Part shown: in pieces, positions 30,336-32,000 of the stretch | How the letters are laid out: each line of letters begins with the position of its first letter | How positions within the stretch are numbered: position 1 is the stretch's first letter | Assembly: GCF_018398935.1 (NCBI RefSeq) | Contig: NZ_CP074694.1 | Coordinates: 2,880,001-2,912,000 of the forward strand | Reading direction: 5' to 3' | DNA length: 32,000 bases | Source of the DNA: Telmatocola sphagniphila | GTDB lineage: Bacteria > Planctomycetota > Planctomycetia > Gemmatales > Gemmataceae | Notes under the pieces: generated by a model | Seen by the model: only the letters and a program-made list of their open reading frames with translations | Database searches by the model: none | Told to the model about the DNA's origin: nothing | Position numbers and translations under genes: made by a program

Positions 30336-31136
30336 ATGTCACAACCGTCTTTAAAACATGCCGGAAAGATTGCGTTCATCACAGGAGCATCTTCCGGCAT
30401 CGGACGAGCGGCTGCCTTGGCGCTCGCCCGGGAAGGTGCCGATGTGGCACTGAATTACTGGACGATGGCCAAGGAAGCGGAAGATACCGCCGCCGAAATC
30501 TGGAGCTTGGGTCGCAAGGCCCTGCTTTTTCAAGTCGATATCTCCCACCAGCAGAATGTCGAAAAAATGACAGCGGATATCGTCTCCCAATTGGGCGGAA
30601 TCGATATCTTCATCTCTTCCGCCGTGTATAGCGACCGCGAGCCGTTCACCACCGCTAACATGGAAGGCTTTCGTAAAACCATTGATATCTCCATGTGGGG
30701 TTCGTTTTATGCCCTCCGGGCCGTCAGTAATGTGATGCTGAAGCAAGGCCGCGGTGGAAGTATGGTGATCGTCTCCAGCCCCCATTCCCACATCCCGTTC
30801 CCGAACTGCATGGCCTACAACATGGCCAAGTCGGCTCAGGATGCCATGGCCAGATCGGCGGCCATTGAATTACTCCCGCACAAAATCCGGGTGAATATTC
30901 TGCATCCGGGCTGGACGGATACACCGGGCGAACGAAAATTCTTCAGCGATGAGGCTATCAAAAAAGCGGGCAGTCAAACACCCATGGGCCGCCTGGCGAC
31001 GCCCGAAGAAATGGCACATGGTATTATGTTCCTCGTCGATCCGTACTCGGGCTACATGACCGGCTCGACACTGACCATGGACGGCGGCCTCGCCCTCCCC
31101 TGGTGGTCTAAACGAGGTAAGGACGGCGAATTCTAA
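30336..31136 (+). CDS. Short-chain dehydrogenase/reductase (SDR) family oxidoreductase.
   Basis: The cofactor motif is TGASSGIGRA (TGxxxGxG). NSAV-like SSAV is present. The catalytic motifs are SS...YNMAKSA (YxxxK), followed by PG (ILHPGWTDTP). Confidence 0.9.
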   Translation: MSQPSLKHAGKIAFITGASSGIGRAAALALAREGADVALNYWTMAKEAEDTAAEIWSLGRKALLFQVDISHQQNVEKMTADIVSQLGGIDIFISSAVYSDREPFTTANMEGFRKTIDISMWGSFYALRAVSNVMLKQGRGGSMVIVSSPHSHIPFPNCMAYNMAKSAQDAMARSAAIELLPHKIRVNILHPGWTDTPGERKFFSDEAIKKAGSQTPMGRLATPEEMAHGIMFLVDPYSGYMTGSTLTMDGGLALPWWSKRGKDGEF

Positions 31137-31145
31137 TCTCAGTTG

Positions 31146-31982
31146 CTACAGGGATCTTTTGTCGAGCCAGGCGATCATATCTTTCACATAAGGATGATCG
31201 GCAGGCTCGAATTCCAAAGTGTGACTGGCCCCCGGATACTCAAGGATTGTCTTATCCGGCGTCGGCGCTTTTCGTTCGATCCACTTTCTGGTCTTCTCGT
31301 TGAAAATCACCCGCTCTTTTTCAGCTAGTAGCAAGACTATCGGCATCGTGACCCGCTTCACCGCCCGTTTGACGTAAAAATCGAGATTGAAACTCTCCAC
31401 TAAAAACCGGGCGGTGGCCAACCGAGTCGCTAGCGGATCCTCCGCGATGAATTTCTGCCAATCTTTATTCTCGGTGAACAGTTCAGCGTCACTCAGAGGA
31501 ACGGGAAATAACCGGGTGGGACATCGTAAGCGGCAGCGACCAATCCAGAGCCGTTGAAAGAAGGGCGGCCGGACTTGCGGAAAAAACCCCGGGCACAACA
31601 GCAGCATTCCATCGATTTTATTGGGATATCGGTAGGGAAAGCCGAGAGCGAGCTTTCCACCCCAGGAAATTCCCGCCAGGAAGAGTTTGGAACCGCTTTT
31701 GGGAATATGCGCAACGAATTCGTGAATATCATCGAGTAGACGGCGAAAACTACGCGTATCTCCCCGTGCGGCCGTATTCAAACCTGCCCCGCGGCGATCG
31801 AGAAAATAGACTTCGTACCCCGCCTCGGCCAGTTGCCGGCAGGAGCGTTTGTACCAACCGCCATGGCTTTGAATGCCATGCACAAAAACGATAGTGGCCC
31901 TGGGCGAATGGGCGCGAAATCGACGGTATTTGTGTTCGTAGCCATCCGTCGAGGTGAAGGTGTCGATTTCCTCAGCGGACAA
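31146..31982 (-). CDS. Alpha/beta hydrolase (lysophospholipase / monoacylglycerol lipase-like).
   Basis: The HG oxyanion motif is FVHGIQSHGGWY. The nucleophile elbow is LAGISWGG (GxSxG). The C-terminal His lies in PGASHTLEFE. The TTG start at 31982 is preceded by AAGGAAG. The frame stays open to the window edge, so the true start could lie beyond 32000. Confidence 0.78.
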   Translation of the reverse strand: MSAEEIDTFTSTDGYEHKYRRFRAHSPRATIVFVHGIQSHGGWYKRSCRQLAEAGYEVYFLDRRGAGLNTAARGDTRSFRRLLDDIHEFVAHIPKSGSKLFLAGISWGGKLALGFPYRYPNKIDGMLLLCPGFFPQVRPPFFQRLWIGRCRLRCPTRLFPVPLSDAELFTENKDWQKFIAEDPLATRLATARFLVESFNLDFYVKRAVKRVTMPIVLLLAEKERVIFNEKTRKWIERKAPTPDKTILEYPGASHTLEFEPADHPYVKDMIAWLDKRSL

Positions 31983-32000
31983 ACAGCACTTCCTTTCGCA

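Noticed and set aside
1-32000. Scanned by eye for mobile elements, prophage genes, CRISPR repeats, toxin-antitoxin pairs and known defence-system genes.
   Set aside because: I recognised no transposase, integrase or recombinase motifs. I saw no regularly spaced direct repeats, no terminal inverted repeats and no compositional island. A by-eye scan can miss degenerate elements.

Overview
This 32 kb window looks like a chromosomal segment with about 54% GC (estimated by eye). I support 26 protein-coding genes. I saw no rRNA, tRNA, CRISPR array, transposase or integrase. The gene content suggests a Planctomycetota-like genome: a sigma54-rich signalling set, Cys/Gly- and Pro/Tyr-rich secreted proteins, BNR/CBM9 multidomain proteins and PilM. 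That taxonomic call is inference only.

The left and centre are mostly housekeeping:
- pilM (partial)
- an AroD-AroE-like fusion
- an LTXXQ periplasmic protein lying convergent to a histidine kinase / sigma54-activator pair
- a cyclophilin-like-dnaX-ybaB-recR operon
- rpoN (sigma54)
- an acyl-CoA carboxyltransferase
- a 980-aa BNR/TPR/CBM9 protein
- a TlpA-like lipoprotein
- lepA-lepB, followed by a second kinase / activator-like pair

The right third (23.6-32 kb) looks more accessory:
- a REC-domain protein plus a cytoplasmic S8 subtilase, in one operon
- a divergent 930-aa GH38-like orphan protein
- two tandem low-complexity secreted proteins
- an FHA-only protein, an SDR and an alpha/beta hydrolase

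The observations most worth a second look are:
1. An A10 run in dnaX has stop codons immediately downstream in both alternative frames, making it a candidate tau/gamma recoding site.
2. A near-consensus sigma54 -24/-12 element overlaps a sigma70-like promoter directly upstream of rpoN itself.
3. The second activator paralogue has lost the GAFTGA sigma54-contact loop, while the first keeps it.
4. The AroD-AroE-like fusion has substitutions at canonical catalytic positions in both halves.
5. The 23.6-29.7 kb cluster (REC / S8 protease // GH38-like / secreted pair) is uncharacterised.

I cannot show that any of these is a new system. The cluster in point 5 is the best candidate, and it is flagged as inference.
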